Shown piece after piece: positions 1 through 14,115 of a DNA stretch of 64,000 nt. The position numbers and the translations under genes were made by a program. The stretch comes from Veleropilina oligotropha. Lineage: Eukaryota. The stretch is taken from contig JBEUKZ010000023.1 in the NCBI GenBank assembly GCA_048128005.1, forward strand, positions 186,001 to 250,000, written 5' to 3'. Under the pieces are notes generated by a model that saw only the letters and a program-made list of their open reading frames with translations, made no database searches and was not told where the DNA came from. The number at the start of each line of letters is the position of its first letter. Position 1 is the first letter of the stretch.

Positions 1-538
1 TTAATGGCCGACAATATCGGGAAAATCTCAAAACGAGGCACTTAAAACAATATTTCAAAATCCATCTTTTTACAATGTTTAAGTAGGTTATAGATGAAGC
101 GTTGTGCAAATTTTTAGAAAAATTCATTAAAAACTTTTTGAGCAATGGCCACAAACGCTGATTCCAAGATGGCGGCCGAACTAATTACAAAAGTTTTGGC
201 GACAATTCGTATGGATGACGAGTATATGCCCTTTAACTTTACATTGAAGCTCAATACTCTAAATGAAATTTTAACGAAGGTATTCGCAAAAAACCGTTTT
301 TTAAAAGCTTGCAAGAAACAAGATGGCCGCCGAACCGCTGGCGCCATCTATCACAAAATCTAGCGTATACAACTTCAGACACATATCTAGTGACATTCAA
401 AAGCGCAAGCCTCTAGCTGTTGTAGTTTCTGAGATATAAGGTATACAAAACCGAGAGGAATAATAAAAAAAACTTCAGTAAAAACAATAGGTCTCCAAGC
501 CAAAGCTTCCAAGCCAAAGCTTGCTTGGAGCCCTAATA
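1..538. mobile_element. Terminal part of a HINE-like nonautonomous element, truncated by the window edge
   Basis: Degenerate AAGATGGCGGCC-type repeats. Ends in AACAATAGGTCTCCAAGC..GCTTGGAGCCCTAAT, a terminal hairpin. Confidence 0.5.
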
Positions 539-1169
539 ACTTTCTTCACTATTTTCTGAATTTTTTTACACATTCTACCTTTCCTAAACTATATATACCA
601 TTAACTATTATTACTGTTATGCATTTAAATGTAAAAACAGTTTTGATGGATCCTTGCAGGCATAAACAAGGTGACTAGTTCATGATGCATGTATATAAGT
701 CTGACATTATCCAGATCCTACAGCCATGGAAGTCATCCAGGGAGTAGGCTGCACTCAAGCATAATGTAAACAGAACGCAACTTACAATATATACAGAGAG
801 GCATTTGGAATTCTCAAATATTTTGAGAAAAGATCAGGCACAACGCAAAACTGTTTGTGATCATCACCATGTCCTGACACTCGCTAGATGATGGTCGGGA
901 CTTGGTAGACCAGGTCCCGGCTCATGGCGGTTTCTGTTTAATTCAGTCAAAATATATCATGAAAATCAAGCCATTGATCAGTACCCCCACATCTCGTATC
1001 TTATAGTTGTTGGATAAACAATTGACCGCCGTCCTTCAAATTTGATTGGACAATAGCAGTCTGCTGAAGTCAGGTCACGGAACTACTTTTTTCATTGATA
1101 AATGTTACAATTTTTACCATCAAACAAATGGCTCACGACTGCCGTAGACCTAAACAAGATTTTATAAAT

Positions 1170-1374
1170 CTATGAAAAGCGTGAAAAGTAGGTCGCAGTG
1201 ACCTAATTTTGGTATGCGACACACCTTTGGGTTATGACGCATCCACACATCAAGTATGGTGTCCCTGAACGAAATATTATCGGAGATATGGAGCGGAAGG
1301 GAATTTGCAACAGACCTACAAGCCGACTCCTATATGCCCCCCCCCCCCCTTAAACTTCGTTTGTGGGGGCATAA
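1170..1374. mobile_element. Truncated copy of HINE-like family A
   Basis: One 146-bp-type monomer plus the same terminus (GACTCCTATATGCCCCC..AAACTTCGT..GTGGGGGCATAA) as 3766-3809. Confidence 0.75.
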
Positions 1375-1757
1375 TTATCTTCAATATTATTTATTTATGG
1401 TCAGATAACAATGAAATAGTGATATCCAACATATAGTTATGCTAAAGCATGCATATTGTTGCTTATATAGCATGATTGAGAATCTTTAACCAAAAACTTT
1501 AACTTCAAGTCCCAAAGCAGCATTTTATGGTAAAATACGAAGAATATTATCTTCAATATTATTTACTTAGTGTGAGGCAACGATGAAATAGTGATATCTA
1601 GCATATAGAAATGTTAAAACATGCATATTGTTGCTTATATAGCATGATTGAGAAACTTTAACCAAAAACTTTAACAGGAGAACCAATTGTTGACGCCGGT
1701 CGGCCGAACGGCCAGACGACATGCTCATTACATAGACTCGCATGCGAGCCAAAAATT
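1375..1757. mobile_element. HINE-like element fragment with two ~170-bp monomers
   Basis: TTATCTTCAATATT..TGAAATAGTGATATC..GCATATTGTTGCTTATATAGCATGATTGAGAA occurs twice, followed by a GACG-rich tract and the palindrome CTCGCATGCGAG. Confidence 0.55.
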
Positions 1758-2451
1758 ATGCAGATTTCCTGATATAACAATAGCCCGTTAGAAAATGGAT
1801 TCATCCCCCGCCTTAACTCTGATATAAACTTTAACCAAAATTTATTTATATGTCCAAACACATCAAGTTTCTTCAATATTTATACAAAATAATATTCAAT
1901 ATCATTGCTAGAGTAAAAGGTTGTATCAATATAAGCATCACCAAAGAATATGTATATAATGGAACAGAATGGAAATTCACTCAACTTTAGCAAAAATTTC
2001 TATGTCCACAAACACTAATTTCACATGCTATTTATATTATAAATCACTTGCAGATGAGGGAGCAGCATCAATATAGTCAACACTAAAGCAGTGAATAGAA
2101 CAACCCATATATATGTCTATTGAAAAATTTGAACAAAACTTTAACCAAAATTTCTATGTCCACATGCAATAATTATATCAAATTTCATTCAGCATCACTT
2201 CCATAGTATCAGTTGACATTCATTTTATCAATACCAAAGCATATATACACCAAAATGTTGTTTCAACAACCAATATACACTCAATGAAAATCTTGATCCA
2301 GAAACTTTAACCAAAATTTCTATGTCCACAAACACCTATTTTTATGCAATAATTAAATTAAATTTAATTCAGCATCACTTCCATAGTATCAGTTGACATC
2401 CATATTATCAATACCAAAGCATATATACACCAAAAATGTTGTTTCAACAAA

Positions 2452-3809
2452 AACTAGAGCTATCATAGGAGTGATCACAGGCCCGCACGAAAGCGTTTGA
2501 CACAGGAACAGGCTGTTGCATACACACATGAAGTTTCATGTCCCTCAGTCAGATAGGAGGAGGAATTATGCTTAATGTCCTGTATATTTACAACATCGAG
2601 GTTCAAGGCAGGACATGTCCGTGTTATCGCGGGAGGAAACCCCGGTCGCCCGGGTAAACCCGCCCTCTTCGGCCAGTCACGGACAACTGTGCTTCATAAC
2701 TTGAACAAATGTGTGCTGCCTCAGCCGGGGGTCGATCCCACTACTGTTCGCGTCAGCGGAAACAAGCCAGTGAATTTAGAGTGGACACTCTACTCACTGC
2801 GCTACCGAAGCGGCCCAGTCAGATAGTATGGGAGATATGGAGCGGAATGAAATTTTAAACTGAATGAGGTCAAGTGTGAAAAGTAGATCGCATTGACCTA
2901 CTTTTGGTACGCGACATACCTTTCAGTTATGATGCATACACATATGAAGTTTCATGTCCCTCGGTCAAATAGTATGTGAGATATGGAGCGGAAGGGAATT
3001 TTGGACTAAATATAGTCAAGCTTGAAAAGTAGGTCGCAGTGACCTACTTTTAGTACGCGACAAACCTTTGGGTTGTGACCCATAAACACATCAAATTTCG
3101 TGTCCCTCGGTCTAATAGTATGGAGATGTGGAGCGGAATGGAATTGAGGACCAAATGCGATAAAGTCCGAAAAGTAGGTCGCAGTGACCTACTTTCGGTA
3201 CGCGACACACCTTTGTATTATTATGCATACACACATCAAGTTTCATGTCCCTCGGTTAAATAGTATTAGAGATATGAAGAGGAAGGGAATTTTGGATTCA
3301 GTGCAGTGAAGCATGAAAAGTAGGTCGTGGTGACCTACTTTCGGTACGCGACACACCTTTGTATTATGACGCATGCATACATCAAGTTTCGTGTCCCTCG
3401 AACAAATAATATGGGAGATATGGAGCGGAAGGGAATTTTGGATTCAGTGCAGTTAAGCATGAAAAGTAGGTCGTGGTGACCTACTTTCGGTATACGACAC
3501 ACCTTTGGGTTATGACGCATGCACACATCAAGTTTCGTATCCCTTGGTCAAATAGTATGAAAGATGTGGAGCTGAAGGGAATTTTGGATTCAGTGCAGTT
3601 AAACATGAAAAGTAGGTCATGGTGACCTACTTTTGGTACGCGACACACCTTTGGGTTATGACGCATGCACACATACAGTTTCATGTCCTTCGGTCAAATA
3701 GTATCCGAGATATGGCGCGGAAGGGAATTTGAAACAGACCGGCCGACAGACAGACGGACAAGCTGACTCCTATATGCCCCCCCCTAAACTTCGTCTGTGG
3801 GGGCATAAA
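2452..3809. mobile_element. HINE/pearl-like family A element with a 146-bp tandem array
   Basis: AAAAGTAGGTCG(C/T)(A/G)GTGACCTACTTT palindrome at ~3025, 3170, 3316, 3462 and 3608. (ACAG/ACGG) microsatellite and terminal GCCCCC..GGGGGC hairpin. Confidence 0.8.
2557..2815 (-). mobile_element. tRNA-derived SINE, copy 1 (subfamily a)
   Basis: Minus-strand head GGCCGCTTCGGTAGCGCAGTG (A-box-like), B-box-like GGGATCGACCCC, (CCT)n tail. 11-bp TSD CAGTCAGATAG at 2546-2556 and 2816-2826. Confidence 0.9.
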
Positions 3810-4627
3810 TGAAATGAAAAACTTTAACCAGAAACTTTAACCAAAATTTCTATGTTAAAAAACACCTACATTTATGCAATAATTATATTAAATTTTATTC
3901 AATCTCACTTCCAGAGTACCAGGTGTCATCCATATAATGCCTACACAAGTATATATATATATGCCAAAAATTACCATGGGCAAGCTATATACACTCAATT
4001 CGAAACTTTAACCAAATTGTTTACGGACGCCCGGACATGGCAACAACAATATCCCCGCTACCTTCGGGCGGGCGATAAAAACACAGAGCGTAGCAACATT
4101 TTCACTATTTTTTTATCATCAATTTTGCAATATCAGCAGCAGTTCGATAACGTTGATATTTCAGCAGCTCCAACCTCGATAAATGTAACGACAACTCCAC
4201 ATTTAATGTACACGGTCTAAGGTCGATGGAATTTCTCCAGTTCCATTTTTTCAGCACAGAAAATTGCTTATGATCACACAGCTAATGATATCGACAATCT
4301 ACACAGAAACGTAATGATGAAAACGACATTTGACATTGTCAATCAAATACGTGTTGTTGTGTTTTGAAACCTCTCTATATAAATATGAATGATAATGGTC
4401 ATTAACAGATAATTAATTACACATCTTTTATTGTTACAAGAAGTTCGGTTATTTTTTTAATGTTGTTACAAGAACGGTCTATATTATTAGTGTGGAAGGA
4501 ATTTATTTTTCACATCAGTGAGCAGGCAATTCCTACGCAAATGCTGTTGGCAACAATATTTGAGTTTATACACAGAAATACGATAATAAAACAAGTATTT
4601 CAACAAAAATATCGTGAGTAATAAATA

Positions 4628-4775
4628 AAATACTACACTGGTTGTCGATATATACCATTTTTACGTGACTCGCATGTCTTACGGTATCTGGACTCGCTTT
4701 CGCTCATTCAGATACCGTCAGACACATGCTCGCCACGTAAAAATGGCATCTATCGACACCCATTGCAGTATTCTA
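4628..4775. repeat. Foldback (palindromic) element
   Basis: Arms TGTCGATATATACCATTTTTACGTG / CACGTAAAAATGGCATCTATCGACA and ACGGTATCTG / CAGATACCGT around CTCGCTTTCGCTC. Confidence 0.75.
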
Positions 4776-5030
4776 TATTTACGTTAAAATAAACAAAATA
4801 TCATACAACCACCAAGTTTTGCAAAGATATGGCATACTGCTAATCAGATGTATTCTGGCCAGAATAGACTGACGTTGTGCATTTTGTTATTTATCCTAAC
4901 ACGCAAAATGGCTAACATATAAAGCTAATAAACAATGCTATTAGCCTAATGATATTATATGCCAGAATATTTGCTTTTAAAAATTATGAAAATATATTAC
5001 TCGCAAACAATAAAAATATGAACGCCATAT

Positions 5031-6222
5031 AAACGAGAAGTGTGGGAGCCACACATTATCCCATCGGGTTTGTCGTAATTGATGGCGTGTACATTTTAAT
5101 GTTATTAAAGGGGAAAAACTATGCACATACTTGTCGAAATTTTAGCAAAATGTAACGACCCCGTGTTTTAGCAACACAGTCACAACAATATCTGATGCGA
5201 GGTTATGAAGATAATTGACGGAAACTAAATATTTATGTCGAAAAAGGGAGACAAATGTGGGAATATTTGTCGAAGTTCTGCCGAAATTGACTTGATCACC
5301 GAGCTATTATTTGGAAATCAACCATAAGATTTGAACGACATCCGATGCGCGGTCATGAAGATATTTGATGGAAACAAAATGTTTATGTAAATAAGGGGGC
5401 ATAACTGGGGTAATAGTTAGCGAAATAATACGAAATTAAATAGGCATCTAGTTTATGTGCCAAGAAACATGCATACCAAATTTGAACTCCCTAGTCATCA
5501 CAGGTTTCGTGATATCCTGTTTACGTCGTCATAAACAACCTTTTTATTTCGAAAAATGGGGATAACTATGCAAATATTTGTTGGAATAATATCCAATTCC
5601 ATAGGAACCTCGTCTATGTCCCACTAAATCTGCATACCAAATTTAGACTCCCTACCTATTACGCTTTTCCTGATATCCTGTTCACGTCGTGAGGAACAAA
5701 GTTTTTGTCGACAAAGGGGGACAACTTTGCAAATATTAGTCGTAATGATATCAAATTAAATAGGAACCTAGTGTATATCCAAATACACCGGCATACCCAT
5801 TTTGAATTCCCTAGCTGTTATTGTTTTCCTTATATCATGTTCACGTCATCTGAAAAGGAAAGTTTGTCGGAAAAGGGGGATAACTGGGCTAATATTTGGT
5901 GGAATAATCTGAAATTCAATAGCAACCTAGTTTATGTCCCAATAAACCGGCATACCAAATTTGAATTCCCTTGCTGTCACGGTTTTCCTGATATCCTGTT
6001 CACGTCTTTCGAAACGGAAATTTTGTCGCAAAAGGTGGATAACTGTGAACATATTTGGCACAATAATCTGAAATTCAATAGCAACCTAGTTTATGTCCAA
6101 ATAAACCTGCATACGGTATTACCACATCTGAATTCCCTAGCTGGTACAGCTTTCCTGATATCCTGTTCACGTTGTCTATATGGACATAACCCCATCGTTT
6201 TTTCAAAACCGATGAGATAATA
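5031..6222. mobile_element. HINE-like element with a degenerate ~159-bp array
   Basis: Recurring AAAAGGGGGATAACT..CATACCAAATTTGAA..TGATATCCTGTTCACG. CCCATCG occurs at both ends, with terminal hairpin CATCGTTTT..AAAACCGATG. Confidence 0.7.
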
Positions 6223-7741
6223 ACAAGACTCACTTTATTTACAATTAAGTTATTTGTTTATCATTATGGCTAAAGTTGCCATCTGCACATGATGAGATAA
6301 GCACTTCAGACTTGTGGCACAAATACAAGACATCAGGAATGCCAAATATTATGGAATGCACTGCATGGGACCTCCATATATCTCAAATTATATAACCGCT
6401 AGCCTCATACATTCATACAGTCTGAGCAGATCATGTGACGGACGCCAGGCACATAGGTTAGTCACGACAGTCTTGAATAATGAGGACCGGAAAAAATGCA
6501 CACGATATGAAACTTATTTTTTTAAGAAGCACAAACATATTGACGAGAAGATATCAATAACTGACTTTCTAATATGTAGCTTTGGACTATCTGTAAAATG
6601 ATATCATATCGATGGAGTCATGCTATTTGTTTCGTTGTTGGTAGATGCACAAATTGATGTCAGTTCATAGTAGCTGAAACCCTGAAAACAATTTACATAT
6701 ATATACTTCCGAGCATAAAATCTTGATTTACAAAATATCTATATTTAATATAAATATTTCGTAAATCTCATGTCCTGTTTAAATAATCTACAGACTCATA
6801 TTATCATGGTAGCAAAGTTTAAGGACAGCTGTGAAAGCTACTGAGTATTATAGTGTCGAATTCTGTGACTTACTTTTGACAGAACAGTCACTGCCAGTCA
6901 GCGAGTGAATTAGGAGACCACTCTCTTATTTTCTCAACTACTTGAGGGCCTCAGTACTACCAAGATACACACAATGCAAGATTAGAATATTCATCTCTCT
7001 TTGAAATGCAACTAAGCAGAGGGATACACGTACACTACTTCACACTCCCACCAAACCCTCAATAGCTCCTTAAAGGATGAGAAAAGTGACCCCTGGTCGA
7101 AGAACTAGCACCGGCGTTAGGGGCGTGGCCATTTGTCGTTGGCTATTCGAGCTCACCTGTGAAGTTTGAAGGTGATACTTGTTTTATCGATCAAAGAAAA
7201 ACAAATTTGTAATTGAAAATCTGTTCGTTAACCATTTGTCAACCAATCATATGCTGCCATGCCGATGTGCTCTGGTCAGTTTCCAAGTCAGAAATTAGTT
7301 GACCATTGGCTGATGGCTTTTAGTGGCAATTCGACCTTTTAAGTAAAATTTAGTCGAGGGGCATTAAAATAATATTATAAATATAAGATAATCCAGGGGT
7401 GAATACCGTAACTGCTTTTAACATTGAATATAAATATTTCTAGTGACTCAATAGTATGAGAAGTCCAGCTATTTATGTCAGATTTCGACAAATTATTCTC
7501 AAGACATGTTCTGATCACTGTTTGGATGGGGTCAATGCTACTCATTAGACAATTTGAATTGGTCGGGTCCAGACTGCGATGTTCCTGAAAAAATGTTAAG
7601 TGGATGTGAAACATGGAATCATTCATCCTGTCACTGACAGTCTGCAGCTAAGATAAAGGGAGATAACTCTGAGCAGCTTCTTGTCATTTACATCCTAATT
7701 TATAAACATTGTGGTAAGCTTATAGTGCCGACTCATATATA

Positions 7742-8766
7742 CAGCCCTCGCAATTAGGAAAAATCCAGGTCGGCAAATTTTTGCCGACCTCAAGTCCAAC
7801 CAGGTCGGCACGAGGTCGGCAAATTTTTTAAAACTGTTTTCTGTTAACACAATGCTTAAATCTTGTTTAAATACATAATTTAAGAATGTTTTAACCGTTG
7901 TTTCTGTGTATATTTATCTTGATTTAATTTGCTATTTAGCCAACATATGATATTGTTTAAATTTTGAGCGAACGGGAGACACCCACTGCCACACACGCGG
8001 CATCGCGCACGTGTTACCAAACGTTTACCTCACCTGTTCGCGTGACGAATATTGAGTAGCAAAATCTTTTTTTAAAATCTCCATTTGGTAGATGATAAAG
8101 TGACAATAGAATCAGCAAATTATCTTTATTTACAATAAGCGCGTGGAATAAATATATGACAGGCAGTGTCACGCTCATGAAGCTAAGTCAAATTGTACAC
8201 GTTATTTCTGCCCGTTGGCCGTGGTCACTAATCGCGTATCCCGCAGCGACCGACGCGCTGCATGTTCATATCTGAATCTGAAGTAGACCCAATTCTGGGA
8301 TAAAGTTCATAAGTCTCTAAATCTATTTAAATTAATATTTAATCATTAAATGGTATCTTAAATTGGTTATATGCCGTTTTATCCAAAAGAAAGATTACCA
8401 CATTGTAAGTTGGAAACATAGCACGAGACAATTTTCAAATCATCTAAGCCCTAAACGTATTATTTTGGAAACGCGATTTTAATCCGTGACCTAGTAATTT
8501 ATAAATAGCATACATGTGCGAAAGGAGCGCTTGAGTGTTGAAAACTTGTATTGTTAACGATTTATTGGTGAACATTTCAACCAGGATGCACAAAATACAA
8601 AGCAGGTAAAGAGATGCAACTTAACAAGTTATGAATAAATATTGTAATTAGTATAATATATATGAACAGACCTTTTAGCAAGATAAATCGAGGTCGGCAA
8701 ATTTTTGCCGACCTCGTACGCTTGCAGGTCGGCATTGCCGAATGCCGACCTTAATTCCGAGGGCTG
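7742..8766. mobile_element. Nonautonomous TIR DNA transposon with CAG termini (hAT-like)
   Basis: TIRs CAGCCCTCGCAATTA / TAATTCCGAGGGCTG. Subterminal palindrome AGGTCGGCAAATTTTTGCCGACCT at both ends. Sits in a TATA run. Confidence 0.8.
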
Positions 8767-9434
8767 TATATAAAGTAAATCATACTAACATTTTAAAAAT
8801 GTTCTACAATATTGGGTAAACAAAACTAACTTTGCTATTAAATAATTAAGTGCCAAAAACATATAGTATGATCATCATGGGAATATAAATTATTGAATAA
8901 AGAAAAAGAGATGCTTTGAACACTTCAAAACAATTACAAGGTAAGGGAGATAATTCATGTCATCTTAATGCTACCAAAGTCCAATATTGATATTTCCAAA
9001 CTTCAATCCCAAACTGTTTTTAAAATGCTATAACATAGTAAACAACAAAGGCATTACTAGCATGTGAAGAATTGAAACCTCAAAATAAGTTCTATATATA
9101 TATATATATATATCATAATTAAATGATACAATTTTATCTCCTGCCAATTTAGCAGTATTTTTTCTATCTTTATACTGCACAGTCAGAAAATTATTTTCTG
9201 GATGCGATTTCAGTCTGTCAAAAGTATTCAACGACATTTTTCAGTCATGCTGTTGTGTTCGAAACTTGGGTGTAACTGCTCCATTTGAAAGCTAGCTAAC
9301 AAGCTTAAAATCATGCCTTCACCTTGACATTAGCATGCATATTTGTACATTTTACAAAGTCACCATTGCTCACCAACTCGATTCACAATGAAATCCTTAT
9401 CATATTCAAGCTAAGGAACCTCAATTTCTAATGA

Positions 9435-9760
9435 AACTAGAATTATCACAAGAGTGATCTTATGCCCCCAAAAAAGCACTGGACCCAACAGGATGTCGCA
9501 GTGATATTCTTTCGGTACGCGGCACACCTTTGGGTTATGATGCATCCACACATCAAGTTTCGTGTCCCTCGGTCAAATAGTATGAGAGATATAGAGCGGA
9601 ATGGAATTTTGGACTGAATATGGTCAACCATGAAAAGTAGGTCGCGGTGACCTATTTTCGATACGCGACACACCTTTGGGTAATGACGCCTACACGCATC
9701 AAGTTTTGTGCTCCTCGGTCAAATGGTGTGAGATGAGCAGAAAGTATTTTTGGACCAAGT
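9435..9760. mobile_element. Left-end fragment of HINE-like family A
   Basis: AACTAGAATTATCACAAGAGTGATC matches the start at 2452 and is followed by two monomers. Confidence 0.75.
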
Positions 9761-10657
9761 GTGATTGGAACAGTTTTTCTGTGAGCACATCTCAAAACCA
9801 ACTGCTCCAGTTTGAATGGTTTACTGTGAATTTACAGTAATAATAAGCATTATATGGTATGTGTCTCAATTATATACATTCCGACAAGGAATGAATAATA
9901 TCGGAAAGCGAGATCGGGTCAGTAGGGGGGAGAGTCATCGGTTTGTTTCCACTAAGCCAACTTAAATCCGATATGAATGATCAAGCCCACCCAAATATGA
10001 AATGCATATCTGCTTGTCTAGTTCAGCATCACGCCACACTCAGGTCATTGCATTACATGACAATCAGATCTTTGATAACCAGACACCATATTATGTATCC
10101 TAACTCTGAAGCTTCGATGACAGGGTTTAAGCCGATTTCATTATCAAATGCTTGCACTGTGAAAAGACCACAGCCTTAATCATTTTAATTAACCTCTAAT
10201 TAACACTGTCAAAATGAATTACTACACGTTACGTACATCTAATTATTTATCTTAATATGATTTGAAAAGTGTAACAGGATGGTCTTTTCATATTTTATCA
10301 AGACAGTAACATTCAAACGCTTCTTTTAATAAAATGCACTTATGACAGAAAAGGGAACGCATTATAACCAGTCGTGTGCGCTATCAAATAATGAATCACT
10401 GATGACTCCATCATGTCTGCAGGGCACTTGAGGCAACAATAGACACACAGGAAACACCCCACCCATTCTGAGGAAGAAACCCATCACATTACTGAAGGTC
10501 CTAGCGATTTTTGCCATGTCAAGTATCATTATGTATATATATATGATGATATTATAGTGCTGATGTTGCATTCTTTTCCAGACTAAACTTACATGACTTC
10601 AAACATCGATTCTCAATATCCCATTTTTTTATACTTCCATGGTCATATCTGGATATA

Positions 10658-10750
10658 TGTCCATATTGGAGGAAAACCTGGCTGCCGGGAAAACCGAGCC
10701 TCATTGTCCAGTTACGGACAACTGTGTCTGTTAATTGAACCAAGTGCCCA
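10658..10750 (-). mobile_element. Old SINE-related fragment (central domain)
   Basis: GGAGGAAAACCTGG..CCGGGAAAACC..CCAGTTACGGACAACTGTG resembles the central part of the SINE family. Confidence 0.5.
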
Positions 10751-11575
10751 CTGGAGCATATCCCCTCAAAGACCGAACGATGAAACCATAATGAATTTTT
10801 TGAGGTCATTCTGATTTTTATGAACATTCCGCCACAACCCCACCTCTGGATATTAATTCTGATGTCGTTTAATGTACACATGACATCATAAATTCATGGT
10901 GTCATGTTGAACGTGATTGGATTTTAGATTAAATCTCGTCATCGCGCGACCAAAGAAGGGCATGAACTCTAGTAATGGCTGCATTACGGACAGAACTGAC
11001 AGGTTAAATGACTAAGCATGGTGCGATGGACTATCCGCTAGATGATTATCATCCGAGACCGCTTGTTACCAAATAATTATACAGTGCCATTGAAGCTTGA
11101 TGTCTTGGCTAACGACTTCATGCGACGGAATAAATGTATAATGCATTTCATATCACAGCTAACTGCCGCTTGATATTACTTGATACTTTGTGCAGCTGAG
11201 TTCAATTCCCAGTGGTGATTTTTATTTAAAACTGTTAAACATAATGGCCCGAATTCATAAAAGCATTTTAACGTGTGTACAGTTAAAACCCGATTATCTT
11301 TTACATGGTAAATAAAACAATATTGTCCACGGACATCTTAATGATTGTCTAAGCTGGAATTCACAAGCAGCGATGATTGTCCGCTTAGACGTCCGCGAGT
11401 AACACCTAATTGAATACAATGTGGTTTCATTGTTCGTTGCTCTACAAAAGGATGAAATACACAACTGTGATGACCGTGCATTTAGGAGCATGTCTAAAGT
11501 TCGTATTTAAGAGACAATATCGGGAGAGAAGAGATGGGACAACATTTCGTGCGACCAGTGAATGGGCCTGGTTGA

Positions 11576-11933
11576 TGCAGTTGAAGATGCTGAACCAAAA
11601 TCAGTCCCGTAAAATGGGATTTGACGCCATTTAATCTGACACTTTTTGTATGTGATCTTTGCATGAAAGTTATGATCATATTTTGAAATAAAATTTAAGA
11701 TAAATTAATAAATGTTGTAAATGTCGATATCGAATTAAACGCGCGTGCCTTTTATTCAATATCGTCATTTACATCGTCTATTACTCATCTTAAAATTTTA
11801 TTTTTTATATATGATAATCTCAAAACTATCATAACGGTATGAAAAGAATACATACCGTTACAGAAAATGTCAGATTAAATGACGTTACATCGCATTTTAC
11901 GGAACAGATTTGGGGTCAGCACCTTAATCAATG
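11576..11933. repeat. Long degenerate foldback element
   Basis: CCGTAAAATG..CATTTAATCTGACA pairs with TGTCAGATTAAATG..CATTTTACGG. The inner arms TGTAAATG.CGATAT / ATATCG.CATTTACA centre near 11745. Confidence 0.7.
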
Positions 11934-14115
11934 AAAGTTGTGAAAGATATAGAAGTGACGCGCCACTTAACTACAGAAAAAACAGACTGCATGGGATGCT
12001 ATATCAAAACGACTGTCAGTAATTTTTTCAGCAACCAAAATCATCAGCCAAGAATTTAAGTCTTAGCATGCTAAGGAACACAATGGATAGCTCATTAACT
12101 AATGCTATGTGAGTGCCTTGCATAACAATGGCAGGGCAGGATTTCCTGCCGCCAGCAGGCAAAGAGTTAAGAGAGTTATGGAAGAGGATGAAAACGAAAG
12201 CAAAGGCGCTTGCTTGAGAGAAGAAAATCGATATTCGAAAAGAAGTATTACCCTGCCAAATTTGTTATGAATAGCTGCAGTAATTGTTCTTCACACTCCA
12301 GATGGTCATGTGTTGAACCATGCCATCTTTCAATGAGCACAAATTGCTATAGTGACACGAAGAACAACCTTGCAACAGGTTGGTTGGGAAACTCCACACA
12401 TGTTGATGCTATCCCATAAAAATGCAGTGTAATTAACTGACAACTGTTCAAGTCATATAAGATAATGATTTCGCCTCGTTTTTGGCAGCAGGTCATCTTC
12501 AAAGAGAATACCCAAAGAAACAATTATTTTGAGATCCTTTATATCCATATGAAAGATTTAGTCGGACACATAAACAACCCCCTCACTGGCGATTAAAACT
12601 TCTTTTGTTATTTGATCGCAGACGGTTAAAATTTGATCGTGCGCTTATTATTTTTACCGCGTGTAAAAGTTAAAACACCTTTATGAATTCGGGCCATTAA
12701 GTCTGATACAATCATATTGCGCACTGCCTGTGTCATTATAGAAGAAGCCTGATAAAAGCAATGGTTGATGACATTGGAAAATGCTCCGAATACCTTCGTT
12801 GCACTTCGTAAAAACTCGCGTATTGGAACAGTAATGACACCGGAAAATATCGATCGATGTCTTATTATTTGGCAAACATTCAACTGCGTTCAAGTGATAC
12901 CTTCAATTCGCTATCGCTGTTACCTAGGTTTTGTACCGCAAATTGAGTTATATTTTTACACTTAATGAATAAATTTGTATGTGTTTGCTTACAAACCCTG
13001 TGCCAGTAGTAGGGCCAATATATCTAGCAATACTAGTAGGAAAATACATTTGGCTGTGTATTGTCATACGATATGTGAACTACATTCATATTGCTATATG
13101 ATCGTTCGGATTGCAATATATCACCATACGAAAATTTTCGTGATACCCAACTCTAATATATACACACAAATACCTGATTGCGTTACAAACTGGCTTAACC
13201 AGACACAAATCTAGGTTGGGTTAAATTACTTAATACTTTCAATTCATGTAGGTCGCAATGACACAATATGCAGCATTCAGATGGACAATAAAAATAAAAT
13301 TATACTAATTACGCATTACAATGAAGGCCTCGTTCAAAATGTCACATAATTCCACCGTTAAAACATCAGATATAACAGACACATAATGTCATCATGATGT
13401 TTTTTAATATGACTGGCAGAACGCAGGGATTAGATTCTGATTGCGAATCTGACAGCTAAAATACACAGTTTCTATCTAAATAGAATGAATAGTATTTATA
13501 ATGCTTGATAATCATACCATAATACATGTCAGCGTAGCTCACTTACTGACATGAGGTTGATGATTTATAAGCAAACAATTGACTGCAGCACCACCTAGTG
13601 AGCATGTTTGACATTACAGCAACAGCTGCAGAGTTCTTAAAATCGTCCCGGATGAGCGTTGTTTTTTATCACAACAGATGGATATCTCAATGCTTTGATA
13701 ATTGCTTCAATTTAAGCAGTTGCGTCCCTCATTATTTGTCCAATCGGCGATGATTAAATAAACAGATAAAAAATGCAAAATACTATATTTATAGCAACTA
13801 CTGATTACTGATTATAAAAGATATCAGGATACCAATTTTGCCAACAAATATTTTAAATTGAAGAAAATTTATTGCTTGGCCAGTTTCTTGTAGATTTAAG
13901 TTCCATGATATCAGATGCTGCAACCAGATTTCTTTACCCAAATGTAATGAATCAAATTGATGCTCATGAAATATGGATGCAGCTAAAGTATAGTCTGCAA
14001 TATTTTAAAATCTTATCGGACAGTTTCAAATTTGTTTTATACATGTATAGATGGTACATGCACAATGGGCCTTTGTCAAGATTCAATTTCCATAAACATG
14101 CCCTTCCACTTTGAA

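Larger units (their letters stand above)
1776..4080. mobile_element. HINE-like family B element with ~166-bp monomers, interrupted by family A
   Basis: AACTTTAACCAAAATTTCTATGT recurs on both sides of the insertion (2137, 2303, ~3833). Starts AACAA..ATCCCCCGC and ends ACGGACG..ATCCCCGC..GCGGGCGATAAAA. Confidence 0.65.

Noticed and set aside
2575..2826. Recurrent small ORFs (MSCIFTTSRFKAGH.. / MLNVLYIYNIEVQGR..) resembling a gene family
   Set aside because: They are translations of SINE copies; frames and ends vary between copies.
5705..6220. 171-aa ORF with internal repeats
   Set aside because: Chance open frame through ~159-bp monomers (a multiple of 3) of a non-coding array.
10395..10460. 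Hammerhead ribozyme (CTGATGA ... GAAAC)
   Set aside because: I could not build stems I-III around the core motifs.
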